Positions 9,794 through 18,532 are shown, counted from the first letter of the stretch. The stretch: DNA of 64,000 nucleotides from Candidatus Doudnabacteria bacterium (GCA_037200925.1 JBBCGO010000001.1:383698-447697); one strand, 5' to 3'. Notes: generated by a model not told the origin, from the letters alone. Translations and numbers: made by a program.

Positions 9794-10672
9794 ATGACAA
9801 TATTTACATTCAAACTCAAAGTCGCTGCCGCTTCCCTATTTATAGGTGCGTTGCTTTTTGCAACTTCAATGCCTGCTTATGCCGACAGCAATTCGTTCAC
9901 AAACAATGTCTCGGCAAACTTCAGCGCAAATCCGGGCAACTGTAATGAATTGAATCCAAACGCTGCCAGTTCATTTACTTGGACTGCCAACATAGTAAAC
10001 AACGGCCCTGGCCATCTAACGGTCGTTAAAGCGTCTTTCCGCGATGATAAGGCCGGATGCGCTGCCACAAGCATAAACCTTGATCAAAGCTTGCTTGCAA
10101 TGAGCGGTCAATCTGATTATCCTGAAAATTCTACGGGCGTAGCTTCATTTACTTATAATACTTCAGCCGTAAAATGCGGACGCGTCCAGCTTGATGCAGG
10201 ATTCGTGGATGATTTCGGTCATCCGTTGGTCTTTATGGGTATCGTAGTTAACTACGGCGTGGATTGTGCTCCGGTTGTTGTTGCTCCAGCTCCGGCTCCT
10301 GCCCCAGTCGTAACTCCTCCCCCGGCTCCGGTCGTGGTTCCTCCTCCGGTTGTTGTTCCTCCGCCGGTTGTAATCCCGCCTCCAGTTGTCGTTGTTCCCC
10401 CGCCGGTTGTTGTTCCCCCGCCTTATGTCACTCCTTACGTAACTCCATATGTTCCGCCGTACGTGGCTCCTTATGTCACTCCATATGTGCCCCCTTACGT
10501 GGCCCCTTATCAGCCGCCGATCACACCTATAGTTGCAGGCGCAGTAACAACCTTCGTCGCTCCGAAAACAGGGGCGACATCGGATATAGTAATTGTGCTG
10601 GCAATCCTGACCACCTTGGGTTACCTGGCCTACAGAGTATACCGATCTAAAAAAATAGCGCTCGTAAGTTAA
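9794..10672 (+). CDS. Cell-surface protein with Pro-rich stalk and sortase-type C-terminal sorting signal
   Basis: Signal peptide MTIFTFKLKVAAASLFIGALLFATSMPAYA. Globular N-domain with Cys pairs. (PVVVPPP)n then (PYVTPYV)n repeats. C-terminal APKTG + hydrophobic segment IVIVLAILTTLGYLAY + basic tail RVYRSKK. Confidence 0.7.
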   Translation: MTIFTFKLKVAAASLFIGALLFATSMPAYADSNSFTNNVSANFSANPGNCNELNPNAASSFTWTANIVNNGPGHLTVVKASFRDDKAGCAATSINLDQSLLAMSGQSDYPENSTGVASFTYNTSAVKCGRVQLDAGFVDDFGHPLVFMGIVVNYGVDCAPVVVAPAPAPAPVVTPPPAPVVVPPPVVVPPPVVIPPPVVVVPPPVVVPPPYVTPYVTPYVPPYVAPYVTPYVPPYVAPYQPPITPIVAGAVTTFVAPKTGATSDIVIVLAILTTLGYLAYRVYRSKKIALVS

Positions 10673-10675
10673 AGC

Positions 10676-10706
10676 AAAAACCCGTCTTCTGAAGACGGGT
10701 TTTTTG
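10676..10706 (+). terminator. Intrinsic terminator
   Basis: aaaaacccgtcttctgaagacgggtttttt. Confidence 0.8.
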
Positions 10707-10794
10707 TTTGCAAAAATTTTGACTGTTTGTTTTCGGTTATATAATCTTTAGATAACTGATTCTGTTTGGTTAACTCCCATAAGAGGTACACTGC

Positions 10795-11016
10795 ATGTCT
10801 AAGAAATATCCGCAAAGTCGTTCGGAAAACAAATCGGAAATGCAACGCCGGCTTGCCCGGCTGGTAGTCCCGCAAAGACTGAAGGAGATCGAAGCGCGGG
10901 AAAAGCATTTCGCTTCGATCAGAAAAACTCTCAAGAAAGAGGAGCGACTGCTGAAGATTGAAAAAGCAGAGGTGCTCAAACTCGCACGCAAAAGCCGCTC
11001 CCGACGAAAGCGATAA
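10795..11016 (+). CDS. Small Lys/Arg-rich coiled-coil protein
   Basis: 73 aa, highly basic (RKSRSRRKR tail). Possible promoter TTGACT-15-TATAAT at 10719-10745. I prefer it over the overlapping antisense ORF 10669..11106. Confidence 0.4.
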   Translation: MSKKYPQSRSENKSEMQRRLARLVVPQRLKEIEAREKHFASIRKTLKKEERLLKIEKAEVLKLARKSRSRRKR

Positions 11017-11122
11017 GAGTCTTTCCAAACAATCAGTGATACCCAGCATTCGGAAAACCGGCGCTGGGATTTTTTTATTCCTTTTTGTTATACTATAGTC
11101 GTACAATCTTCGATATTATTCA

Positions 11123-12088
11123 TTGGGCGACATGACAGAAACAAAGAGCAAACTCCAAAAATACTCTCTCCAATTCCTTGAATACCTGGAAGTTGAACGC
11201 AATCGCTCTCGGCTGACTTTGCGCAACTACGACCATTATCTCAAAAGATTTGTGGATTTTTGCGCCAAGCAAGGAGTCACGGATCCTTCCGAAGTCGACC
11301 TGGAATTGGTCCGGTCTTATCGGCTTTTTTTGAACAGGCTGGCTGCGAAAGACAGACAGCTAAAAATCATCACGCAAAATTATCATTTGATCGCCTTGCG
11401 CAGTTTCCTGAAATATCTGGCCAAGCGGGACGTAAAATCCTTGGCTGCGGAAAAAATTGAATTGCCCAAAACTCCGGCCAGAACCGTGGAGTTCCTGGAT
11501 ATTGAAGATGTCGAACGGCTTATCAATGCAACTGACCAGGAAGACGATAAACTGACCAAATTGCGCGACCGCGCGATCCTTGAGATGCTTTTTTCCACAG
11601 GCCTTCGCATTTCAGAATTAGTAGCCATCAAGCGGGATAACCTCAATCTTAAACGAGGAGAATTTGCCGTGCGCGGAAAAGGGGATAAAATGCGCCTTGT
11701 TTTTCTTTCCAAAGAAGCTCTGGACCACCTGGCAAAATACCTGGATGAGCGCGAAGATAATTCCAAAGCCTTGTTCATCCGCCATGACGCCAAAGAATCC
11801 GTGGAAAAACAAATGGAATCCCTGTCAGAAAAGGCGTCCGGATTGACTGCCCGTACCATCCAGCGCATTATTAAAAAATATGCCAAACTCGCCGGTATCA
11901 TGAAAAAAATAACGCCGCACACTCTGCGGCACTCATTTGCAACCGACCTGCTGACCAATGGCGCGGACCTTCGGTCCGTGCAGGAGCTCCTAGGCCATTC
12001 TTCTATTTCAACCACGCAGATCTATACGCATCTGACCAATAAAAGATTACGTGATGTGTACGAAAAATACCACCGCGACGGGAAATAG
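11123..12088 (+). CDS. Tyrosine site-specific recombinase, XerC/XerD family
   Basis: 321 aa. N-terminal core-binding domain. C-terminal catalytic motifs ...RDRAILEMLFSTGLRISEL..., HTLRHSFATDLL, LGHSSISTTQIYTHL (R-K-H-R-H-Y set). Confidence 0.85.
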   Translation: MGDMTETKSKLQKYSLQFLEYLEVERNRSRLTLRNYDHYLKRFVDFCAKQGVTDPSEVDLELVRSYRLFLNRLAAKDRQLKIITQNYHLIALRSFLKYLAKRDVKSLAAEKIELPKTPARTVEFLDIEDVERLINATDQEDDKLTKLRDRAILEMLFSTGLRISELVAIKRDNLNLKRGEFAVRGKGDKMRLVFLSKEALDHLAKYLDEREDNSKALFIRHDAKESVEKQMESLSEKASGLTARTIQRIIKKYAKLAGIMKKITPHTLRHSFATDLLTNGADLRSVQELLGHSSISTTQIYTHLTNKRLRDVYEKYHRDGK

Positions 12089-12124
12089 GGTATACTGAAA
12101 ATATAACAAACCCCAGGAGGCCTT

Positions 12125-12508
12125 ATGCAACGATTGGTTGCGGTCTATGCATCACTCGGAGCGAGCGCTGCATACAACGTCAGTGATATAGCTGATCTGG
12201 TGCTCGGGGAAAGCTTTCCGATCGAGTTCATCGGGACGTTTCAGGCATCTGACCAGATCAGGCAGCGCGTCCAACAAGGCATTCAATACAAAATGATCCT
12301 GTTGATCCCTTCGATGGACGAACTTACCGATGCCACCCGGCTGCTGGAAAAGCTGAAAACGGACCCGGAAACAAGGTCCATCCCCTGCATATTTGCCGGG
12401 CTTGATCTGGGCACGGACAGCGACTCCTGCGAGAACACAGAGGACGAAAGCAGTCCGGAAGTTAGGGCCTCTGCAATCCTATCGTCTGCTCCGCGTAGAA
12501 TGAACTAA
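12125..12508 (+). CDS. Hypothetical protein (faintly receiver-domain-like), acidic C-tail
   Basis: 127 aa. RBS aggagg at 12113-12118. No convincing motif. Confidence 0.4.
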   Translation: MQRLVAVYASLGASAAYNVSDIADLVLGESFPIEFIGTFQASDQIRQRVQQGIQYKMILLIPSMDELTDATRLLEKLKTDPETRSIPCIFAGLDLGTDSDSCENTEDESSPEVRASAILSSAPRRMN

Positions 12509-12554
12509 AAAGTGCCGGGAACTAACTAACCTGCGCACTTTTTCTTTTTGGATT

Positions 12555-14312
12555 TTATACTTTGACTGTTTCTTTGCTGGCTATCTGCTGCCGCCATAAT
12601 GCCGCGTACAACCCTTGCTGACGTAAAAGCTCGCCATGGTTTCCCTGCTCCACCAACAAACCTTTTTCCAAAACATAGATAGTGTCCGCATGCATGATAG
12701 TGGACAATCTGTGAGCCACCAGCACATTGATGGAACTTCGCTGTTGTTTTTCAATCTCACGGATGGTCTGCGTGATCTGCTCTTCAGTGATGGAATCCAG
12801 GCTTGAGGTAGCTTCATCAAAGATCAAAAGTTCGGGTTTACGAAGCAGCGCTCTTGCTATGGCCAACCGCTGTTTCTCGCCGCCTGAAAGTCTAAGGCCT
12901 CCCTCGCCGATCCTCGTATCAAGTCCTAGTCCTCCGCGAAGCAGCAAACTATCCGCTGCAGACGCTTTCAGAGCTTCTACGCAATCAGTATCTGAAGCCT
13001 TGGGGGACGCGAACAATAAATTCTCGCGGATCGTGCCGGCAAACAGCTGAGTGTCCTGCGCCACCAAGCCGATGCGGCTGCGGAATTTTTCCGTGTTTAG
13101 ATCTCTGATATCCACTCCAGCGAATTTGATGGTGCCGGCAGTCGGCTTATATAATCCCACGATCAGCTTGACCAAGGTGGTTTTGCCGCTCCCCGAGGGC
13201 CCTACGAACGCTACGGTCTGGCCGGCTTTGATCTCTACATTGATATTTTCCAGCGCCGGTTTGTCGCCTGTCTCATATTTGAAATCCACATTTTGAAATT
13301 TTATATCCGTGAGCTTTTTCACAGCGATCGGATGAGCCGGCTGTTTTTCAGGCTCGATCTTCAGGATCTGGTCCAGCCGGTCCAAACTGGCTTTCGCTTC
13401 CTGATACTGCTGGGCGACGTCGCCGAACTGTCCCAGCGGATTGAAGATCAGGAAAGAATAGAACAGCAATGAGAAAAACTGGCCGAACGTAATGCCGCCC
13501 GTAAATATCAGCCACAGCATCAGAAGCATCAGCCCTGACCTTAAGGCATTGATCGTCGTGCCCTGGATAAAACTGAACGTGCGGATAATTCTGATCTTTT
13601 CCAGTTCCAGAGTCAAAATTTTATTGTTGGTCTCATTCAAACGTTTAATTTCCTGGTTCTCGAGACCCAGGCTTTTTACCAATTCCACATTGCGGATCGT
13701 CTCTGTGGTGGATCCGGCCAAAGCTGCGGTTTCGTTGATTATCCTTTTTTGGGCGGCCTTGATCTTGCGGCTGATAAGGAAAGTCGTAATGCCTAAAATC
13801 GGGATCATGGCAAAGTAAACCGCGCCTACCATCCAGTTGACCCAGAACGCATAAATGATGACCAGCAGAATCCCGATCGTGGACAGAAACAAAATATTGA
13901 CAGTGCTGGTAATGAAGGCTTGGGCATCGAGCCTGGCCTGCTGAAGTTTTTGTAAAAATTCACCGCTGCGCTGGTCTTCAAAAACCGCATACGGAAGGGA
14001 AAAAGAATGCTGAACGCTGTGCGAATACATTTGCGTCCCGACTCTCTGCACCACGACATTGAGGTAATAATCCTGAAAATTTTTGGCTATCCTTGATACC
14101 AGAGCCACGCCCACATCGGCCAGCAGCAGCAAAATGATGCCGCGTAAAAATACGGAATGCGACAGAGTTGCAATTTTGCTTACGTAGTCATCTACAATGA
14201 TCCGGAAGATCTGGGGATCCAACATTGAAAACACCTGGTTGACCGTCGCCAGAGCGATGGTTGCACCAAGTAATTTTTTATATTTGGATAAGTATGACCA
14301 GAGGAGTTTCAT
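12555..14312 (-). CDS. ABC exporter, fused permease-ATPase (MsbA/multidrug-type)
   Basis: 585 aa. 6-TM N-domain. Walker A GPSGSGKTT, ABC signature LSGGEKQRLAIARAL, Walker B LLIFDEATSSLD. Confidence 0.9.
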   Translation of the reverse strand: MKLLWSYLSKYKKLLGATIALATVNQVFSMLDPQIFRIIVDDYVSKIATLSHSVFLRGIILLLLADVGVALVSRIAKNFQDYYLNVVVQRVGTQMYSHSVQHSFSLPYAVFEDQRSGEFLQKLQQARLDAQAFITSTVNILFLSTIGILLVIIYAFWVNWMVGAVYFAMIPILGITTFLISRKIKAAQKRIINETAALAGSTTETIRNVELVKSLGLENQEIKRLNETNNKILTLELEKIRIIRTFSFIQGTTINALRSGLMLLMLWLIFTGGITFGQFFSLLFYSFLIFNPLGQFGDVAQQYQEAKASLDRLDQILKIEPEKQPAHPIAVKKLTDIKFQNVDFKYETGDKPALENINVEIKAGQTVAFVGPSGSGKTTLVKLIVGLYKPTAGTIKFAGVDIRDLNTEKFRSRIGLVAQDTQLFAGTIRENLLFASPKASDTDCVEALKASAADSLLLRGGLGLDTRIGEGGLRLSGGEKQRLAIARALLRKPELLIFDEATSSLDSITEEQITQTIREIEKQQRSSINVLVAHRLSTIMHADTIYVLEKGLLVEQGNHGELLRQQGLYAALWRQQIASKETVKV

Positions 14313-14316
14313 GAGG

Positions 14317-14326
14317 TATAATTATA
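14317..14326. promoter_or_regulatory. Palindromic TATAATTATA element placed so that a -10 box is readable on both strands 6-8 nt from two divergent start codons (candidate leaderless divergent promoters)
   Basis: Plus strand: TATAAT 14317-14322, then tatagc, then ATG 14329. Minus strand: TATAAT (rc of 14321-14326), then tacctc, then ATG at 14312. The same ataattatagca motif recurs at 35901 and 51501. Confidence 0.3.
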
Positions 14327-14328
14327 GC

Positions 14329-14940
14329 ATGAGCTTAGCCACCTATAAAAAGAAACGGAAATTCAGCGAAACACCCGAACCTGAAGGCAAACCGATCAAA
14401 GCGAAAGGTGCCTTGCATTTTGTCGTGCAAAAACACCACGCCAGACAGCTGCATTATGACTTCCGCCTGGAACACGATGGGGTACTGGTAAGCTGGGCTG
14501 TGCCCAAAGGGCCATCATTGAAGCTTGCGGAAAAGCACCTGGCAATGAAGGTGGAGGACCATCCGGTTGATTACATGAAATTTGAAGGCAATATTCCGGC
14601 GGGCAATTACGGTGCAGGCTCGGTCATAGTCTGGGATTTTGGCACGTATTTAGCTCTTGGCACGAATTCAGTAGCGGACAGCGAGAAAGCTATCAAACAA
14701 GGACTGAGAGCCGGACAGGTCAAAGTCGTGCTCAGCGGCAAAAAGCTCCAAGGCGGGTTTGCCTTGATAAAACTGAAAAGCAACTGGGGCGGAAAAAATT
14801 CCTGGCTTTTGATCAAAGAAAAAGATTCTTTCGTAAAAAAAACCGACGTCACCAGGCAGGTTAAATCCGTCTTAAGCGGCAAAAGCCTTGCCCAGATCGC
14901 CAAAACAGATAAAGTTTGGAAATCGAATAAGAAAAAATGA
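14329..14940 (+). CDS. LigD-type 3'-phosphoesterase (PE) domain protein, stand-alone
   Basis: YKKKRKFSETPEP..FVVQKHHARQLHYDFRLE..WAVPKGPSL..HPVDYMKFEG.IP.G.YGAG.V..WD.G match the LigD PE domain. The track ORF begins at 14197, but 14197-14310 overlaps the divergent ABC gene. In-frame ATGs at 14311 and 14329 are more plausible starts. Confidence 0.8.
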   Translation: MSLATYKKKRKFSETPEPEGKPIKAKGALHFVVQKHHARQLHYDFRLEHDGVLVSWAVPKGPSLKLAEKHLAMKVEDHPVDYMKFEGNIPAGNYGAGSVIVWDFGTYLALGTNSVADSEKAIKQGLRAGQVKVVLSGKKLQGGFALIKLKSNWGGKNSWLLIKEKDSFVKKTDVTRQVKSVLSGKSLAQIAKTDKVWKSNKKK

Positions 14941-15863
14941 GAGTCCGCCACATCAAACCCATGCTGGCAACGCTGGTTGATAAGCCGTTTGACGCGGATG
15001 GCTGGCTGTTTGAGGTCAAATGGGACGGCTTCCGCGCCATCGCCGAAGTTGAAAATGATCGTGTTGAAATATATTCCAGAAATCTTCTGTCTTTCAACAA
15101 GCGGTTTTCGCCGATCATCAAAAGTTTGCAGGGACACAAATTAAAAGCCGTCCTGGACGGCGAGATCGTGATCTTGGACAGCCGCGGCAAATCGCGTTTC
15201 GAGCTTTTGCAGCATTACCAGCAAACCGGCAAAGGGAACCTGGTTTATTATGTCTTTGATCTCTTATTTCTCAACGGCAAGGACCTCCGAAGCCAGCCGC
15301 TGCTTGAACGAAAAAAACTTCTCAAAAAAATCCTGCCCCGGAATGCCCTTATAAAATATTCGGAGCACGTTTTGGACCACGGCAAAAAATTATACGAGAA
15401 GGCCAAAAAACAAACCTGGGAAGGCATCATGGCCAAAGATTACCAAAGTCCCTACCGTGCGGGCAAAAGAACCAAAGAATGGCAAAAGATCAAAAACCGC
15501 CCGCAACAGGAAGTGGTTATCGGCGGATTTACCAAGCCTTCCGGCAGCCGCAAAAAATTCGGCGCTTTAGTCATGGGTGTTTACGAGCGGGGTAAATTAC
15601 TATACATCGGACACGCCGGCACCGGGTTTGACGAACAAACTTTGAATTTGGTTTATAATAAACTAAAACCGCTGATCCAAAAAAACCCGGCATTTAAAAA
15701 TCCGCCGGAAACCCGCGGAGAAACCACCTGGGTCAAACCCAAACTGGTCGGCGAAGTGGCTTTCGAAGAATGGACAGAAGACGGACATATGCGACAGCCG
15801 GCTTTCCTGGGACTTAGGCCCGACAAAAAAGCAAGTGAAGTAAGAAAAGAACTGCCTAAATAA
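14937..15863 (+). CDS. ATP-dependent DNA ligase (LigD ligase domain), stand-alone
   Basis: 308 aa. Adenylation motif I EVKWDGFRA (KxDG), nucleotidyltransferase plus OB-fold layout. Its start overlaps the PE stop (ATGA). Confidence 0.85.
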   Translation: MRVRHIKPMLATLVDKPFDADGWLFEVKWDGFRAIAEVENDRVEIYSRNLLSFNKRFSPIIKSLQGHKLKAVLDGEIVILDSRGKSRFELLQHYQQTGKGNLVYYVFDLLFLNGKDLRSQPLLERKKLLKKILPRNALIKYSEHVLDHGKKLYEKAKKQTWEGIMAKDYQSPYRAGKRTKEWQKIKNRPQQEVVIGGFTKPSGSRKKFGALVMGVYERGKLLYIGHAGTGFDEQTLNLVYNKLKPLIQKNPAFKNPPETRGETTWVKPKLVGEVAFEEWTEDGHMRQPAFLGLRPDKKASEVRKELPK

Positions 15864-15864
15864 T

Positions 15865-16773
15865 ATGAAACAAGAAACCACTATCAAAATTGAGGGAAAA
15901 GTTCTCAAACTGACCAACCTGGACAAGGTCTTCTGGCCGAAAGAAAAATACACTAAAGGCGACGTCATCGATTATTATCAAAAGATCGCGCCATATATTC
16001 TGCCTTATCTTAAAAACCGGCCGGAATCTTTAAACCGCCACCCCAACGGCATTACAGGCAAAAATTTTTTCCAGAAAGACGTGGACCACATACCGCCTAA
16101 ATGGGCCAAGGTTGAAAATATCTATTCGGAATCCAACGATAAAGATATCCATTATTTGGTCTGCCAGGATAAGGCCACGCTGATCTATATGGCCAATCTT
16201 GGCTGCATAGAGATCAATCCGTGGAATTCCAGGATCGGCAAGCTGCATCATCCGGATTTTATGATCATTGACCTGGACCCGGAAAAAATTTCCTTTGACC
16301 AGGTTGTTGTAGTCGCCCAAACCGTGCACGAGGTTCTAAATTCATTAAAACTTCCAAGCTATTGCAAAACTTCGGGCGCAACCGGGTTGCATATCTATGT
16401 GCCTATGGGCGCCAAATATAATTACGACCAGGTCCGGCATCTGGCGCACCAGATCGTAATTTTGGTCAACAGCAAACTGCCGAACATCACTAGCCTGGAA
16501 CGCCATCCGGCGAAAAGGCAGGGGAAGGTTTACTTGGACTATCTGCAAAATAACAAAGGCCAGACTTTGGCTGTCGCCTACAGCGTCCGCCCTAAACCCG
16601 GGGCTACGGTTTCAACTCCTCTGGAATGGAAAGAAGTGAAAAAAGGCTTGAGCCCGCAGGATTTTAACATCAAAAATATTTTCGCGCGTTTGAAAAAGAA
16701 GGGCGACCTCTGGAAGCCGGTCTTGGGCAAAGGGATTGACCTGAAGTCTGTTTTAAAACGTATTGAAAAATAA
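15865..16773 (+). CDS. LigD primase-polymerase (Pol) domain protein, stand-alone
   Basis: 302 aa. IIDLDP, SGATGLHIYVP and YLDYLQN motifs of the archaeo-eukaryotic primase-type LigD polymerase domain. Begins 1 nt after the ligase stop. Confidence 0.85.
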   Translation: MKQETTIKIEGKVLKLTNLDKVFWPKEKYTKGDVIDYYQKIAPYILPYLKNRPESLNRHPNGITGKNFFQKDVDHIPPKWAKVENIYSESNDKDIHYLVCQDKATLIYMANLGCIEINPWNSRIGKLHHPDFMIIDLDPEKISFDQVVVVAQTVHEVLNSLKLPSYCKTSGATGLHIYVPMGAKYNYDQVRHLAHQIVILVNSKLPNITSLERHPAKRQGKVYLDYLQNNKGQTLAVAYSVRPKPGATVSTPLEWKEVKKGLSPQDFNIKNIFARLKKKGDLWKPVLGKGIDLKSVLKRIEK

Positions 16774-16806
16774 AAAATCCGCCTCAATACTTAAGATTGA
16801 AGCGGC
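16774..16806. terminator. Bidirectional terminator between convergent genes
   Basis: aaaaaatccgcctcaatacttaagattgaagcggcg. Confidence 0.55.
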
Positions 16807-16812
16807 GAGCAA

Positions 16813-17109
16813 CTAATCGAACGGGTCACCGTTTGGGTCTGCTTTGCCAAAGGTTCGATGGAAACCGTCGTAGCTACTCCTCAGAGCTTGAGCTTCGTCA
16901 CTGTCATACTCAGGGTCTTTCGGATTGTACTCGAAGGGCTGATCGTTTTCAGCAACGAAATTACGACACTCCGCGCATTCCTGCAGATGTTGTTTCAGTT
17001 CTGCCAGTCTTTCATCATCAATCCTGTCATCCAGGCCGCGAGCGAATTTGCGCAACAACGATTGGTTCAAGTCGCCCCAAACGCACTCCATCTTGAATTC
17101 CTCCTTCAC
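16813..17109 (-). CDS. Small zf-HC2-type (anti-sigma-factor-like) zinc-finger protein
   Basis: 98 aa. The HLQECAECRNF H-x3-C-x2-C motif is typical of the zinc fingers of RsrA/ChrR-type anti-sigma factors. No sigma factor gene is adjacent. Confidence 0.45.
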   Translation of the reverse strand: MKEEFKMECVWGDLNQSLLRKFARGLDDRIDDERLAELKQHLQECAECRNFVAENDQPFEYNPKDPEYDSDEAQALRSSYDGFHRTFGKADPNGDPFD

Positions 17110-17261
17110 GCCTATTTTCTCTTGTAACCCTTTTTTGTTCTAATTATGAATCTTACTCTACTTTGACCATTTTGTCAATACTAAAACAAAATAGCCTTTT
17201 CAGGCTCTTTCAAATTTTTTCTTTAGCGAGGGTGCTGCATAAAAAAGAATTCTGAGGCCGA

Positions 17262-17335
17262 AGTTGCATTACCGCAACGAGGCCGAGGACTTAGGCAATA
17301 AATTTGCGTCCAGCAATTTATTGCCGTCTTTTTTT
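17262..17335 (+). ncRNA. Candidate small structured RNA / orphan intrinsic terminator in a 240-bp intergenic gap
   Basis: Hairpin gttgc-attacc-gcaac (17262-17277). Then a perfect 11-bp stem ggcaataaatt/aatttattgcc (17294-17325) followed by gtcttttttt. This is oriented for the plus strand, where no protein-coding gene is upstream. Confidence 0.3.
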
Positions 17336-17351
17336 GCAGTGCCCGAGCGTC

Positions 17352-18473
17352 TTACTGCACAGTTACGCTGATCGTATACGGTTTGGCGACATTGCTGGCC
17401 GGCCAGTAGGGCGTGAACTGGAATGACTGGTTGGCGGTGAACGAAATTGTTTTTGATTGGCCGGCAAGTACGGTGCCGGAATTGACCACGCTGCTTCGGA
17501 AATCCAAGCCGCCGTAATAAACATTCGTGGCGCTGACATTGAATGTGATCTCAACAATTGTTCCGGCCGCAACAGAAATCACAGAAGGAGTGGCATTGCT
17601 GTCATCAGCAGAAATTGTAAAGGTTTTGATCGAGGGCGTCGGAGTTGGGGACGGATTTGGTGCTGGGGTCGGGCTCGGCGCCGGCGCAGGCGTGGGATTG
17701 GGTGTTGGACTGGGAGCAGGCGTTGGAGTTGAGCCGGTTACGCTTGCTGTGCTATTTGTTGAAGTGCTTGAAGTTGTTGTGATCGGTGCAAAACTGAAAC
17801 TGCTGAGAATTTTTTCATAATCCCCATCCGCCAGTTTGCCGTTGTCTTGCTTATCATATCCCTGGGAATAGCCGTCTACAAATATGTCATAGGAAGTGCC
17901 TTTGATGTAAGCATAGCGTTCAGGGCCTCCCTCGCCCGTACATGAAACTGAAGATACCGTTGCATTGGGGTTATTAATTTTATCTGCAGTGCATGCAGGT
18001 CCCTGGATTCCCGGATCGGCTGCAGGTTGCGGATGCAGAGCCAGATTGTATGACTGGTTAAAATAATCACTCGCCTGCTTCTGGATGGATGCGTCTTTAA
18101 GTGCCACCAAAACGAGTGTTCCCACATGAAAACCTTTTATCGGCGCGGCAGCAGTGCCCAGAGCTGAATTGCCGGAAATAGTGCCGGCTTTTACACCGGG
18201 CGGGTACTGCAGGCTGAAACCGTATTTGGCATTGTTATAAACCTTCCAATCAGCCGGAATTGGTGTAATATCCGGGGCCTGGCTGGTTTGATCCGGAGTC
18301 TGAGCGGGAGTAGTTTGGTCGGAAGGAGGGTTGGCAATCAGATCAGAGTTAGATTGTGCAACTGGGGAAGGTTTTTTGATCCTTTGGCGGATAACCAAAA
18401 AGCCGAACAGCAAAGCCGCCGCAGCCACGACCAGTATAACCACTAAAGTTGTGGACCCTTTCTGATTTTTCAT
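17352..18473 (-). CDS. Membrane-anchored/secreted protein with Pro/Thr-rich linker and C-terminal beta-rich domain
   Basis: 373 aa. N-terminal hydrophobic anchor. TPTPAPSPTPNPTPAPAPSPTPAPNPSPTPTPS linker. Confidence 0.6.
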   Translation of the reverse strand: MKNQKGSTTLVVILVVAAAALLFGFLVIRQRIKKPSPVAQSNSDLIANPPSDQTTPAQTPDQTSQAPDITPIPADWKVYNNAKYGFSLQYPPGVKAGTISGNSALGTAAAPIKGFHVGTLVLVALKDASIQKQASDYFNQSYNLALHPQPAADPGIQGPACTADKINNPNATVSSVSCTGEGGPERYAYIKGTSYDIFVDGYSQGYDKQDNGKLADGDYEKILSSFSFAPITTTSSTSTNSTASVTGSTPTPAPSPTPNPTPAPAPSPTPAPNPSPTPTPSIKTFTISADDSNATPSVISVAAGTIVEITFNVSATNVYYGGLDFRSSVVNSGTVLAGQSKTISFTANQSFQFTPYWPASNVAKPYTISVTVQ

Positions 18474-18532
18474 GATACTAGTTTAACATATGTGCTGCCT
18501 CAAGCGAAAGCTAAGGACTTTGAGCGGTAATT

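Noticed and set aside
10669-11106. 145-aa minus-strand ORF spanning the intergenic region
   Set aside because: It runs through a strong plus-strand terminator and a putative promoter and has an unprotein-like composition. The plus-strand 73-aa basic ORF (10795..11016), preceded by a promoter-like sequence, is the better candidate.
11123-12088. Integrase of an integrated mobile element or prophage
   Set aside because: The protein has the full XerC/D-type two-domain organisation. No phage, transposon or att-like repeats flank it, and the neighbours are ordinary chromosomal genes. Most likely it is the chromosome dimer-resolution recombinase, but a CPR-style integrative element cannot be excluded from sequence alone.
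14197-14310. Upstream extension of the LigD-PE ORF to the Met at 14197
   Set aside because: It would overlap 115 bp of the divergent ABC exporter coding sequence. The conserved PE-domain N-terminal motif (Y..KR.F..TPEP) begins right after the 14329 Met. A TATAAT element sits at 14317-14322.
17457-17820. Plus-strand ORFs with GAGVGLGAG repeats
   Set aside because: They are the antisense reading of the Pro/Thr-rich linker of the 17352..18473 gene.
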